The translations under genes and the position numbers were made by a program. DNA of 64,000 nt from an uncultured Chroococcidiopsis sp. (GTDB lineage Bacteria > Cyanobacteriota > Cyanobacteriia > Cyanobacteriales > Chroococcidiopsidaceae). The DNA lies in NCBI GenBank assembly GCA_964248365.1, contig CAXTYC010000027.1:8623-72622 (forward strand), given 5' to 3'. Each line of letters begins with the position of its first letter. The first letter of the stretch is position 1. This document shows positions 19,408 to 30,076 of the stretch, in pieces. The notes under the pieces are model-generated. The model searched no databases, was not told the origin of the DNA, and worked only from the letters and a program-made list of their open reading frames with translations.

Positions 19408-21666
19408 CTAACCTACTGAAATTATTCGCGCCTCGAAGAACGCCCAAATTGTGACGATCGCTCCGAAGAGGAAATGAGCTACCCCCACAGCCCGACCTTG
19501 AATAATACTCAAAGCGCGAGGCTGAACTGATGGAGCGACTTTTAGCTTATTGTGCGCCCAAACAATAGATTCGATTAGTTCTTGCCAGTAGCCGCGACCA
19601 CTGAACAGGAACATCAAGCTAAATGCCCAGACAAAGTGTGCGCCTAAGAATATTAGACCATAAGCTGAGAGTGCTGTCCCGTAGGACTGAATCACTTGAA
19701 CAGCTTGCGCCCATTGGAAGTCACGCAACCAACCGTTAATCGTGTTACTACTCATGGCAAAGTTGCCACCAGTGATATGCGCTATGTTTCCGTCTGGATC
19801 AATGGTTCCCCACACATCCGATTGCATCTTCCAGCTGAAGTGGTAGACCGCAATGGAAATGGTGTTGAACATCCAGAACAAGCCCAAGAACACATGATCC
19901 CAACCAGATACTTGGCAAGTACCACCCCGTCCTGGACCATCGCAGGGGAAGCGGAAGCCCAAGTTAGCTTTATCTGGAACCAAGCGTGAGTTGCGAGCAA
20001 ACAGGAAGCCCTTCAGCAGAATCAGCGCTGTGACGTGAATTTGGAACGCATGAATATGGTGGATCATGAAGTCCGCCGTACCCAACGCCATCGGCATCAT
20101 GGCAATTTTGCCACCCACCGCTACAATTCCACCACCCCAAACGTAGCTAACTGGTTCAAGTTGGTTAGGAGCAGTTGTACCTGGAGCCACAGTTTGGATG
20201 TTTTGCACAAACTGAGCAAATACAGGTTGCAACTGAATCGCCGTATCCGAGAACATATCCTGGGGGCGACCCAAAGCACTCATAGTGTCATTGTGTACAT
20301 ATAATCCGAAGCTGTGGAAGCCCAGGAACATACACACCCAGTTCAGGTGCGAGATAATCGCATCTCGGTGACGCAAAACTCGATCTAGCAAGTTGTTTTG
20401 GTTTACTACCGGATCGTAGTCGCGCACCAAGAAAATAGAAGCGTGCGCTCCTGCACCCACGATGCAGAACCCGCCAATCCACATATGGTGAGTAAATATC
20501 GACAGCGCAGTGGGGTAGTCTACTCCAATGTACGGATAGGGAGGCATCGCGTACATATGGTGTGCTACGAGGATGGTAAGTGAACCCAGCATAGCTAGGT
20601 TAACTGCCAACTGAGCGTGCCAGGAAGTCGTCAGGTTTTCGTAGAGTCCCTTATGACCTTCACCTGTGAATGGACCTTTGTGGTTCTCCAGAATTTCCTT
20701 GATGCTATGCCCAATACCCCAGTTTGTGCGGTACTGGTGACCAGCAACCAGGAACACCACCGCCAGTGCTAGGTGATGATGTGCTGTATCTGTCAACCAC
20801 AAACTGCCAGTAACGGGGTTCAATCCACCTTTGAAGGTGAGGAAGTCAGCATACTGACCCCAATTCAAAGTCCAGAAGGGTGTTAAACCTTGGGCAAAGC
20901 TGGGATACAACTCTGCCATCAAGCCAGTGTTCAAAATAAACTCTTGGGGCAAGGGGATATCCTGTGGAGCCACCCCAGCATCAAGTAGTTTATTAATTGG
21001 CAGAGCAACGTGAATTTGATGACCAGCCCACGATAAACATCCCAGACCTAGTAGTCCAGCCAGGTGATGGTTGAGCATTGACTCCACATTCTGGAACCAT
21101 TCCAGTTTGGGAGCGCGCTTGTGATAGTGGAACCAGCCAGCAAATAGCATCAGTGCTGCTGCTACTAAACCGCCAATGGCAGTGCAGTAAAGCTGGAATG
21201 TATTTGTAATCCCAGCTGCCCGCCAAACATGAAATAAACCGGATGTAATCTGGATGCCGTGGAAGCCACCGCCAACATCACCGTTTAATATTTCTTGACC
21301 AACAATGGGCCAAACGACTTGGGCGCTAGGCTTAATGCCTAACGGATCGACAAGCCAAGCTTCGTAGTTTGAAAAGCGAGCGCCGTGAAATTCCATCCCG
21401 CTTAGCCACAGGAATATCACCGCTAATTGACCGAAGTGGGCGGCGAAGACTTTGCGGGAAACATCTTCTAAGTCACTCGTATGAGTATCAAAATCATGGG
21501 CGAGAGCGTGCAGGTTCCAAATCCAAGTAGTGGTTTTTGGACCTTTAGCTAAAGTGCGGTCAAAGTGTCCCGGTTTAGCCCACATTTCAAATGAAGTGGG
21601 TACTGGGTCTTTATCGACAACGACTCTTGCCTTTTTATCCTCTCGCTCTGGAGGACTAATCGTCAT
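19408..21666 (-). CDS. psaA: Photosystem I core protein PsaA
   Basis: [21 protein letters not shown]; 752 aa; SD ggagag upstream. Confidence 0.99.
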   Translation of the reverse strand: MTISPPEREDKKARVVVDKDPVPTSFEMWAKPGHFDRTLAKGPKTTTWIWNLHALAHDFDTHTSDLEDVSRKVFAAHFGQLAVIFLWLSGMEFHGARFSNYEAWLVDPLGIKPSAQVVWPIVGQEILNGDVGGGFHGIQITSGLFHVWRAAGITNTFQLYCTAIGGLVAAALMLFAGWFHYHKRAPKLEWFQNVESMLNHHLAGLLGLGCLSWAGHQIHVALPINKLLDAGVAPQDIPLPQEFILNTGLMAELYPSFAQGLTPFWTLNWGQYADFLTFKGGLNPVTGSLWLTDTAHHHLALAVVFLVAGHQYRTNWGIGHSIKEILENHKGPFTGEGHKGLYENLTTSWHAQLAVNLAMLGSLTILVAHHMYAMPPYPYIGVDYPTALSIFTHHMWIGGFCIVGAGAHASIFLVRDYDPVVNQNNLLDRVLRHRDAIISHLNWVCMFLGFHSFGLYVHNDTMSALGRPQDMFSDTAIQLQPVFAQFVQNIQTVAPGTTAPNQLEPVSYVWGGGIVAVGGKIAMMPMALGTADFMIHHIHAFQIHVTALILLKGFLFARNSRLVPDKANLGFRFPCDGPGRGGTCQVSGWDHVFLGLFWMFNTISIAVYHFSWKMQSDVWGTIDPDGNIAHITGGNFAMSSNTINGWLRDFQWAQAVQVIQSYGTALSAYGLIFLGAHFVWAFSLMFLFSGRGYWQELIESIVWAHNKLKVAPSVQPRALSIIQGRAVGVAHFLFGAIVTIWAFFEARIISVG

Positions 21667-21799
21667 TTAGACTCTCCTCTCTAGACAAGGAACCAGTAGT
21701 GGTTAACACCACAGCTGTCTTCAGGCTCTTATGAGCAAATATATCTACTTCAGATGGTTTCTGGAGCAGACTTAAAGACCGCTTGTGGAAACTGCTTTC

Positions 21800-21860
21800 T
21801 GATGAATTATAGAGTGTTCTTTGTCTTGGTATTAGGAGTTTGTTAACAATAATTCAAGAT
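21800..21860 (-). promoter_or_regulatory. Putative psaA promoter (-10 TATAAT at 21811-21806)
   Basis: Perfect -10 hexamer about 140 nt upstream of psaA; no clear -35. Confidence 0.4.
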
Positions 21861-22312
21861 CGCCAGAGAGCAAGCTAATTCTGGTCTTCGTCTTTGAACA
21901 TCTGGCGAAAAAGTCAAGGGTTCCTTTATATTTTTTACAAAACTAAATAATTTGCAATACTTATGAAACTTGTGCTTTTTCCAGCATCCGTTTGATAAAA
22001 TACTGTGTTTTGATTACAAGTAACTACGAAAGTAGGCACGAGGCAAGAGAAGTATGAAGTATGAAGTATTTCGTTGGAAGTATGAAGAAAACCCACGACA
22101 GAATATTTAATTCTTTCCCTTTCCCCCTTCATCCTTTACCCTTTAACGAAGCCGGCGGTAACTAAGCGAACAGCCGAGTCCCTTTTCCCAAAACTGGTAA
22201 CTGGTAACTGGTAACTGGTAACTGATAGCAGGTGGAATGAAAGCGGCGCTTCCTCCCTAGCCTTTAAGATCTAAATGGACATGGCAGCACACGTTAGTAG
22301 GAGAATATCTAG

Positions 22313-23890
22313 GTGTTTGGTGTAGATATACAAAGAATTGTTAAAGCTTGCCTCGTGTCTTTAATGACAGGCTTTTTGGTTTTGAGTCTCACCAGCTGCG
22401 GCGATCGCCCATCTGAATCTGATAACGCTTTACGTGCTGCCACGACCGCAGACTCTCGTAGCACAAGCCTTGCTCAACTTGCTGGCAACTTCTCAGAAGT
22501 GTCACCACCCCAGGCAATTCAACAATTGCGTCAAGCCTTGGAAACTTACCAACCTCAAGTGAAAATATTGAGTCCTCAACCCGATGAGGTTCTCCAAGAC
22601 GACAAAGTATCAGCGCAGTTCCAAGTTCAAGACTTACCCATCTTCAAAAATCCCGATCTAGATTTGGGTCCTCACCTGCACGTAATTTTAGATAATCAGC
22701 CATACATAGCTGTTTATGACCTCAAAGCACCCCTAGTTTTATCAGACTTAGCCCCTGGAACCCATACGCTACGAGTTTTTGCTTCTCGCCCTTGGCATGA
22801 AAGCTTTAAGAACGAAGGCGCATATGCCCAAACAACATTTCACATCTTCACCAAAACCGACGACAATAACCCCAATCCAGCCCAACCATTGTTAACTTAC
22901 AGTCGTCCTAAAGGTAGCTACGGGGCAGAACCAATACTGCTAGACTTCTACCTAACTAACGCCCCCCTTCATCTAGTGGCACAGGAAAATCCCACCGATG
23001 AAATAGCGGATTGGCGCATTCGCTGCACAATTAATGGCAATAGTTTTGTTCTAGATCGTTGGGAACCTATTTACCTCAAAGGCTTTAAACCTGGTAAAAA
23101 CTGGGTGCAGCTAGAGTTTCTAGACGAACAGGGAAACCCAGTCAAGAACGTTTTTAACAACACTGTACGAGTAATTACTTACGAACCAAAGGGCAAAGAT
23201 ACTTTATCTAAGTTAACCAGAGGCGAACTTTCAGCCGATGCTGCTCGTGGCATTATCGAACCAAACTATACTGCTATCCCAGAAACAACGCCTACACCTG
23301 TACCCACCACTTCACCAGTTCCTACTGCGACACCTATCCCTACACCATCAGCAGAAGAAACAACCCCAACAGCCGAACCGAGTGAAGAAAAACCAGTAGA
23401 AACTGAAATAGAAACAAAAGATTCAGCCCCAACGACTACCCCAGAGTCAAAACCAATAGAAAACCAAAAAGCTAACGGGTTTTTCAACCGCTTCCGTCGT
23501 CCAGAGGCTACGCCCTCCCCCACTCTTCCAGAGGTGATGGAGTCGCCAGCACCTGAATCGATCGCTCCTGATGATAATCTTCCTCAAGTAGAGACTTTAC
23601 CGGAACCACAGCCTTCAATAACACCAGCCGAACCAGAACCACTAGCTCCTTCAGAGTCTCAGGAATTCAAAGTACCAGCAAAAGAAAGATTAGGCGGCTA
23701 CTTCAATCGCTTTCGTCGTGTTCCGGCTAAGTCGTCTCCCACTCTTCCACAGGTGATGAAGTCGCCAGCACCTGAATCGATTCCTCCTGATGATAATGTT
23801 CCTCAAGTAGAGACTTTACCCGAACAGCCTTCAATAACACCAGCCGAACCAGAGCTACATTCTAGTTCCCAGGCTGAGCCTGGGAACTAG
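22313..23890 (+). CDS. Conserved cyanobacterial lipoprotein with Pro/Glu-rich duplicated C-terminus
   Basis: Lipobox LTSC; GPHLHVILDNQPY, PGTHTLRVFASRPWHESFKNEGA. Confidence 0.85.
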   Translation: MFGVDIQRIVKACLVSLMTGFLVLSLTSCGDRPSESDNALRAATTADSRSTSLAQLAGNFSEVSPPQAIQQLRQALETYQPQVKILSPQPDEVLQDDKVSAQFQVQDLPIFKNPDLDLGPHLHVILDNQPYIAVYDLKAPLVLSDLAPGTHTLRVFASRPWHESFKNEGAYAQTTFHIFTKTDDNNPNPAQPLLTYSRPKGSYGAEPILLDFYLTNAPLHLVAQENPTDEIADWRIRCTINGNSFVLDRWEPIYLKGFKPGKNWVQLEFLDEQGNPVKNVFNNTVRVITYEPKGKDTLSKLTRGELSADAARGIIEPNYTAIPETTPTPVPTTSPVPTATPIPTPSAEETTPTAEPSEEKPVETEIETKDSAPTTTPESKPIENQKANGFFNRFRRPEATPSPTLPEVMESPAPESIAPDDNLPQVETLPEPQPSITPAEPEPLAPSESQEFKVPAKERLGGYFNRFRRVPAKSSPTLPQVMKSPAPESIPPDDNVPQVETLPEQPSITPAEPELHSSSQAEPGN

Positions 23891-23903
23891 GGACAAACTA
23901 AAA

Positions 23904-24497
23904 TTATTTAGAATATCGGCGCTTGCGTCGTGCCAACATACGTGCAGCTAAAGCGCCACCAATAAATCCAAACAAATGCCCTTGCCAGGAGATGCCATAC
24001 TGCAAGGGTAAAACGCCCCAAATTATTCCTCCGTAAAGTACGCCGACAATTAAAGAAAATAAAATGGCGGCAAAGCTGCGTTCAAAGTAGCCACGTAGTA
24101 GCAGAAAACCAAAGTAACCGAAGATTAAACCACTTGCTCCGATGTGAATTGAGTTAGCTGGAGCAGTCAGCCAGACACCAAAACCACTGACTAGCATTGT
24201 AATCACAGTGACTACAAAAAAGTCACTAGTCTCGCGCAGCATGATTAACCAGCCAAGAGTTAAAAAGGGGAGAGTATTAGCAGCTACATGAGCAAAATCG
24301 CCGTGCAGAAAAGGAGCAAATAAAATACCCCGTAGTCCGATCAAGCTATGTGGACGTATACCATAACGATTTAGCGCCCCTCCTAGAAACAGGGAATCTA
24401 TGATTTCTAAAGCCCAAATAATGGTGACGAATCCACCCAGAACAAAAACTTGAGTTTTTAACTCACGCGCGATCGCTCCTGTTTCCTGTCTACTCAT
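23904..24497 (-). CDS. Rhomboid family intramembrane serine protease
   Basis: FLHGDFAH, HIGASG, WQGHLFG; SD ggag upstream of ATG 24497. Confidence 0.93.
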   Translation of the reverse strand: MSRQETGAIARELKTQVFVLGGFVTIIWALEIIDSLFLGGALNRYGIRPHSLIGLRGILFAPFLHGDFAHVAANTLPFLTLGWLIMLRETSDFFVVTVITMLVSGFGVWLTAPANSIHIGASGLIFGYFGFLLLRGYFERSFAAILFSLIVGVLYGGIIWGVLPLQYGISWQGHLFGFIGGALAARMLARRKRRYSK

Positions 24498-24559
24498 GCA
24501 TCTACCTCTGGAGGTATCCTTTACTTTAACTACCAGTGTGTCGCAAAAATCGACAACCT

Positions 24560-25219
24560 TCACAGCCTCAGCCCACGCTCGATGTTTTTGTAGTCTTGAT
24601 CAATCAATAACCACAACTGTTTATTATGAGGATCAGCTTGCAAGGCTTTTTTGAGATAGATCCGAGCCGAATCGTAATGCTGGCGTTCAATTAGCTTTCT
24701 TGCCCAACTATGATACGCTACAGCCAGCCATTGACACACTTTTGAGTCGCTGGGAAACTGTTTAGCCAAATTTTCTGCTACCTCAATTGCTTGCTGCCAC
24801 TTTTTCCGCTTGAGCAGGCTGTAGATTTGGTTCAAAGTACTTACTTTGTGCAATTTTTGCTCAGGAGAAAGCTGAGATTTTTGTGTCTGGCTTTGCTCAC
24901 GGTTCTTGACGTGGAAGCGCACGCCACCTGATGGCGTAGCTGAAGATGAAGCGTTAGGGGTAGAAGTGGCCCACTCGGTTGGAGCAGAATATTTTTTAGT
25001 ATTACTAGTTTGTGGTGTTTGCTTGCGCGCTGTGAGTAGGGTTTGGTAAGCAAGAGTAATTTGTTTAAAGCGATCTTCAGACTGGCGATCGCCGCCATTA
25101 AGATCGGGATGATACTTTCGGGCAAGCTTTCTGTAAGCTGCCTTAATCTCTTGCTCGGTAGCAACATCCGTTATTTCTAAAACTTGATAACACCAAGTAA
25201 GGTTAGAGGAATTATCCAT
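24560..25219 (-). CDS. J-domain (DnaJ) protein with C-terminal TPR
   Basis: IKAAYRKLARKYHPD; TPR-like helices. Confidence 0.9.
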   Translation of the reverse strand: MDNSSNLTWCYQVLEITDVATEQEIKAAYRKLARKYHPDLNGGDRQSEDRFKQITLAYQTLLTARKQTPQTSNTKKYSAPTEWATSTPNASSSATPSGGVRFHVKNREQSQTQKSQLSPEQKLHKVSTLNQIYSLLKRKKWQQAIEVAENLAKQFPSDSKVCQWLAVAYHSWARKLIERQHYDSARIYLKKALQADPHNKQLWLLIDQDYKNIERGLRL

Positions 25220-25392
25220 GTGTGAGGGAGTGAATTTTGAGTGGCGCTCTTGCGAGGAAAAGGTTGAAGGTTAAAGGGGAAAGGGAAAAGGGAAAAGGGA
25301 CAAGGGGACAAGGGGAAGTATTTAAACCCCCTCTTTCCCCCCCTCTCCTTGTCACCCCCTCAGCCCATCCTCTTCTAGCCTCGCGCCTACTT

Positions 25393-26121
25393 TTAGCGTA
25401 AATTAGCTGGAGGCTGTTTAGGGACAACCCAGTAATAAAGCGTATGTTCGCGCGTTGGTCCTTTGACTTGTACTACTTTGTCAGGTTTCCATTCACCCAT
25501 ATCGAAATCATGGGAAACGATACGAGTACCTGGTTTCAATTGTTTAAATAGTTGGGGTCGCAGCTTGACGTTAATATCAGGTAATAGGTAAAGCGTTACT
25601 ACTGTTGCTTCACTAAGGTTAGTTTGAAATAAATCTTGCTGGCGAAACTGGACTCGATTTGTCACACCTGCTTTTTTAGCATTTTGATTGGCTTCCCCAA
25701 TTCGCTCTGGATTAATATCTATACCTACAGCACGTATACCATATCTCTTTGCTGCTGTAATGGGAATTCGCCCGTCACCACTACCAAGATCATATAGCAC
25801 ATCACCTTTCTTGACATTTGCTAACTTGAGCATTGCATCTACGACTGGCTGAGGTGTGGGAACGTAAGGTACATCCGGTTCCCGTTGTTCAGTTTGAGTA
25901 TTAGGTGTAGGTGACGGCTTGGCTTGCGGTGTGGCTTGTGGTGAAATTTCTGGTGTCGCTCCTGGTGTGCCTCCTGGGGTAACTTCTGGTGAAGCTTGTC
26001 CAGCTGGTGGGGTATCTTGAGCTTGGGCATTAAGTTCGCTTTGTTTGATAGAACCAGCGATCGCCACAAGAGCTACACTGCTACTTGTAACTAATAGCGT
26101 GAGCATTCGTTGTAATCCCAT
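25393..26121 (-). CDS. Class I SAM-dependent methyltransferase with predicted signal peptide
   Basis: DVPYVPTP, YDLGSGDGRI, VTLYLLP, RIVSHDF; hydrophobic N-terminus plus Pro-rich linker. Confidence 0.9.
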   Translation of the reverse strand: MGLQRMLTLLVTSSSVALVAIAGSIKQSELNAQAQDTPPAGQASPEVTPGGTPGATPEISPQATPQAKPSPTPNTQTEQREPDVPYVPTPQPVVDAMLKLANVKKGDVLYDLGSGDGRIPITAAKRYGIRAVGIDINPERIGEANQNAKKAGVTNRVQFRQQDLFQTNLSEATVVTLYLLPDINVKLRPQLFKQLKPGTRIVSHDFDMGEWKPDKVVQVKGPTREHTLYYWVVPKQPPANLR

Positions 26122-26143
26122 AGCATTTTCTCCTTCTATTTCT

Positions 26144-27493
26144 TTATCTGGCTGACGATTGTGGGCGACGAATCACCAACAACAGAGGTATACCCATTAG
26201 CAAAACTGCTACGCCTACAATTGCACCGATGCTGTATGAAATACTAGTGGCGTAACTTAGGCTAGATTGAAGCATATATGCACAGATAAGGCAAAAAATT
26301 AGCGGTATGAAAGGATAACCAGGAACACGAAAGGGACGAGGTACATTCGGTTCTTTCTGCCGTAGTACCAATAGTGCTACACCTGATAGTAAAAAAAAGA
26401 ACCAGAAGACGGGGGAGGTGTATGCAGCCATTGTCTCAAAGCCTTGACGACCTTCATGCACAAAGGTAGCAAGCAATACCAGCGCTAGAGCGATCGCACC
26501 TTGAATTAGTAAAGCATTAGTTGGTGTGTTGCGGCGATCGCTCCAGCGTCCCAAAAAAGCAAAAAAGGGAAAATCTTTTCCTAGAGCATAATTAGTCCGA
26601 GCGCCTGTAAAAATTGTGGCATTAATTCCCCCCAATGATGAAATAGCCACTAAGAAACTGACAAATTTTGCTGCACCATTCCCCACCGCATGGCGCATTA
26701 AATCAGCTGACGGGGCTTTAGACGAGGCTAATCCAGAAATCCCCAAACCTCGGATATAAGCAAAATTAATTAGCAAATAAATAACTGTGATCGTGACAAT
26801 GCTGCCAAGCAAAACCCTAACCATATTCCGTTGCACATCACGCATTTCGGCGGAGATGTAAGCTGCTTCATTCCAACCGCCATAGGTTAGCAGTACAAAA
26901 ACCATTGCTAACCCAAAAGTGCCAGAAGAAGAAGGAGGAGCAGAATTTACCGGAGCGGATGAGGAGGTATATACTAAACCAGCAAGAGTTACTAATAACA
27001 AACCCAGCACCTTTGCTGCTGACAGTAAATTTTGAGTCCATTTTCCTTGCTGCACACTCATCAGATTCAATATTGTCAGGATGACAATACTCAAAGCTGC
27101 ATAAATGGAAGGGGCAAAGTTACCAAGAGATAAGATTTGAGCCGCGTAATTACCAAATACGAAAGCTAATAAAGCAATCGAACCAGTTTGAATTACTGTC
27201 ATTCGCGCCCAAGCAAATAAAAAGGCTATATCTTTACCAAAAGCTCGCATTAAATAATGGTAATTTCCACCTGGGTGCGGAAAAGTGGTTGCCAGTTCTG
27301 CATAACACAAAGCGCCAATGAGTGACATCACACCACCGAGCAACCAAGCAGCCATAGTTACATTTGCACTACCTGCATTAACAGCAATCAAAGCTGGTGA
27401 CTCAAAGATGCTTGCACCGATCACCATACCGATGATTAACGCACCTGCGTCTATTACTGAAAGGGTTGGTGGCATTACCAGTTTATTTGCCAT
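26144..27493 (-). CDS. APC-family amino acid permease
   Basis: GMVIGASIF, CYAELA, PGGNY, TYGGWN; about 12 TM segments. Confidence 0.92.
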   Translation of the reverse strand: MANKLVMPPTLSVIDAGALIIGMVIGASIFESPALIAVNAGSANVTMAAWLLGGVMSLIGALCYAELATTFPHPGGNYHYLMRAFGKDIAFLFAWARMTVIQTGSIALLAFVFGNYAAQILSLGNFAPSIYAALSIVILTILNLMSVQQGKWTQNLLSAAKVLGLLLVTLAGLVYTSSSAPVNSAPPSSSGTFGLAMVFVLLTYGGWNEAAYISAEMRDVQRNMVRVLLGSIVTITVIYLLINFAYIRGLGISGLASSKAPSADLMRHAVGNGAAKFVSFLVAISSLGGINATIFTGARTNYALGKDFPFFAFLGRWSDRRNTPTNALLIQGAIALALVLLATFVHEGRQGFETMAAYTSPVFWFFFLLSGVALLVLRQKEPNVPRPFRVPGYPFIPLIFCLICAYMLQSSLSYATSISYSIGAIVGVAVLLMGIPLLLVIRRPQSSAR

Positions 27494-27708
27494 ACAGTCA
27501 ACTACAAAGGTAGAAACGCTTGTTGATTAAATTACTTGTTAGCTCTTGCTTGCTTTTGGCTTATAGTACAGGGATGATTTTGCCCCAAAGCGATCGCTAA
27601 AGGCACAGCTAACTGATACACAATTCGACTTTTAAGTCAATTCATGGCATTATAAGTTACTTGAAGCCAAAAACTCTCAACTACTTCGTTATTCTTAGTT
27701 TGCTGCAC

Positions 27709-27730
27709 AAATATGACAGAAATATGTCAA
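27709..27730 (-). promoter_or_regulatory. 11-bp-period direct repeat AAATATGWCA, candidate OmpR-family binding box
   Basis: aaatatgacag-aaatatgtcaa about 215 nt upstream of the permease. Confidence 0.45.
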
Positions 27731-27831
27731 AAAAGCGATTAGCTTTTAGCTTTTAGCGATTAGCTAAAAGCTTGCTTAGTAACTAGTAACTGATAACTGG
27801 TAACTGGTAACTGGTAACTGCGCGCCAGCTT

Positions 27832-29115
27832 TTATCTAAGGGGAAGTTGGATTTGAAAGGTTGAGCCTTGTTCCAAGGTACTATTAGCGGTAATATGTCC
27901 TTTGTGAGCTTCTACAATTTGTTGGGCGATCGCTAAGCCTAAACCAAAGCCACCTGTTTCACGCGATCGCACCGTATCCACGCGATAAAACCTCCCAAAT
28001 ACATGAGGCAAATCGGCAGATGGAATTCCTATCCCATTATCTTCTACTTGAATTACAACTCGCCCAGATTGAGTAAACAGTCGCAGGTAAATTTTACCTC
28101 CAGTTGGAGTGTATTTAAAAGCATTGTTAAGTATATTTTTTACAGCTTGTTGCAACAAATCTGGTTCAGCTTTGATGCATATTGGTTGCCCAGATATATC
28201 GGCAACAAAACTTAAATTTTGTGTAGCTGCTTGTGTCTGATACTCACTTACTAATGGTTGCAGTAAGCCAACGAGATCAACACTTTTTAATTCTGTAAGT
28301 GCTAATGCGCCTTCATGGCGTGCTAAGAACAATAAATTACTAATCAAGGCGCTCATTGACTTAGTAATATCTACAATATTTTCCAAACGGCGACGTGGCT
28401 GAATATTATCCTCAGAGGGAGACAACAAACCGACTTGAGCATTACTCAAAATTGCTGCTAAAGGCGCTCGTAATTCGTGAGAAGCATCAGCAGTAAAGCG
28501 TTGTAATTGATCATAAGAACGGCGAATAGGTTTCATTGCAAGTCCCCCAAGAAACCAGCCAGTAAGTCCGATCAAACTCAACGCTATTGGAACACCTAGC
28601 GAAAGCGATAGCCGCGTTTGATCTAAATTTTCCCGTACAGAGGTAATAGAAGTAGCAACTTGTAGATAACCAACTAGTGAACTATTTCTTACAACTGGTA
28701 GGGTAACTTGTCTAAGCCATGCTTTTGAGTAATTTATATTAGTTTGGTTTGGTTGAGGCTTAATAGTTTGATAACCAGGAGGTTGGGTTAACTGTTTAGG
28801 AGCAGGAGTACCAACAAACTGCACCAATTTGCCTTGTGGATTATACCATCGAGCGTAGACAATTTCACCACACAGCGGTAAGGTGTTGCTTCCTAAAACT
28901 GGGACATTTTCTAGATCAAATTGCCATTGTCCTTGTTGAAATCGATACTGAGCTTTTGATGCGATCGCTCTACTTTTTTTGACAAGTTTATACTCACAAT
29001 CGCGCAGTTGAGCTTCTACTTCGAGACAATAAACTACCCCAGCAAAAATAACTAGGATACTCCCCATTGACAGAGCAAACCAGCAAGCTAAATTGCGACG
29101 GCTACGATTGAACAT
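27832..29115 (-). CDS. Two-component sensor histidine kinase (RppB-like)
   Basis: FTADASHELRAPL, NAFKYT, DNGIGI, GGFGLGL; 2 TM segments. Confidence 0.93.
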   Translation of the reverse strand: MFNRSRRNLACWFALSMGSILVIFAGVVYCLEVEAQLRDCEYKLVKKSRAIASKAQYRFQQGQWQFDLENVPVLGSNTLPLCGEIVYARWYNPQGKLVQFVGTPAPKQLTQPPGYQTIKPQPNQTNINYSKAWLRQVTLPVVRNSSLVGYLQVATSITSVRENLDQTRLSLSLGVPIALSLIGLTGWFLGGLAMKPIRRSYDQLQRFTADASHELRAPLAAILSNAQVGLLSPSEDNIQPRRRLENIVDITKSMSALISNLLFLARHEGALALTELKSVDLVGLLQPLVSEYQTQAATQNLSFVADISGQPICIKAEPDLLQQAVKNILNNAFKYTPTGGKIYLRLFTQSGRVVIQVEDNGIGIPSADLPHVFGRFYRVDTVRSRETGGFGLGLAIAQQIVEAHKGHITANSTLEQGSTFQIQLPLR

Positions 29116-29175
29116 TATGAGGGGCTAGGGGTTAGGGGCTAGAGGCTAGGGGAATTTTAGATTTTAGATTAGAGA

Positions 29176-29901
29176 TTAGAATTTCTCCTCTGCCCCTCTG
29201 CCCCTTTGCCCCTCTGCCCCTCTGCCTTCCTCTGGAACATTGAGCCGATAGCCCATACCATATATAGTTTCTAGCCAATCCTTTGCCCCAACTGCTTGCA
29301 GGCGCTGGCGTAATCTTCTGACAAGAGTGGTAACAGCATTACTTTCTGGTTCTGTACCCCACTCCCATAAGGCACTTTCGATTTGATCGCGGGATAAAAC
29401 CTGACGGGGGTGACGCATAAGATATTCCATCAGTTGAAACTCACGGGTTGACAATTGGATAGTTATTTGCTCTCGCTCCAAGCATAAACTTGTCAGATGC
29501 AGTTTTAAATTTGCGGCGGTAAGAATATCTCCGATCCATTGGGGCGATCGCCTTGCTAACGCCCGTACTCTTGCCAGCAGTTCTATAACATCAACAGGCT
29601 TGACTAAATAATCATCTGCTCCAGCATCTAACCCAACAACTTTATCAGCTGTGGTATCTTTGGCAGTGAGTATCAAAACCGGAGCGGTTTTGCCTATTGC
29701 TCGATATTGTTGACAAAGGCTAACTCCGCTTACTCTAGGTAACATCCAGTCTAATATCAGTAAGTCATACTCTTTTTGAGACATCAACCACTCGGCTGTA
29801 TCTCCATCCTTTACCGCATCAACAATATGCCCTGCTTGAGATAGAGCAGCCTGAAGCGGCTCCAGCTGCGCTACGTCGTCTTCCACTAGTAAAATCATCA
29901 T
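29176..29901 (-). CDS. OmpR-family response regulator (RppA-like)
   Basis: ILLVEDD, LDWMLP, GADDYLVKP, wHTH ending ETIYGMGY; repeat-derived C-terminal tail. Confidence 0.93.
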   Translation of the reverse strand: MMILLVEDDVAQLEPLQAALSQAGHIVDAVKDGDTAEWLMSQKEYDLLILDWMLPRVSGVSLCQQYRAIGKTAPVLILTAKDTTADKVVGLDAGADDYLVKPVDVIELLARVRALARRSPQWIGDILTAANLKLHLTSLCLEREQITIQLSTREFQLMEYLMRHPRQVLSRDQIESALWEWGTEPESNAVTTLVRRLRQRLQAVGAKDWLETIYGMGYRLNVPEEGRGAEGQRGRGAEEKF

Positions 29902-30076
29902 ATCGACTAACAATTATTACCGCTACTATTACGGCTACTCTTTGCTCATACTGATATGTTTAATGGTAATAAAAGCGGGGCAGATAGGGGCGCTTAAGCA
30001 GTGTGGGGGAGCTGGGGGATAATTATCAATAACGAATTACGAACCAGGAATTACAAATTATTTTATCTTCTGCTTT

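Noticed and set aside
17118..21666. Divergent psaAB as far-red (FaRLiP) paralogs
   Set aside because: Normal lengths (752/738 aa) and no rfpABC, chlF, or paralogous apc/psb cluster nearby.
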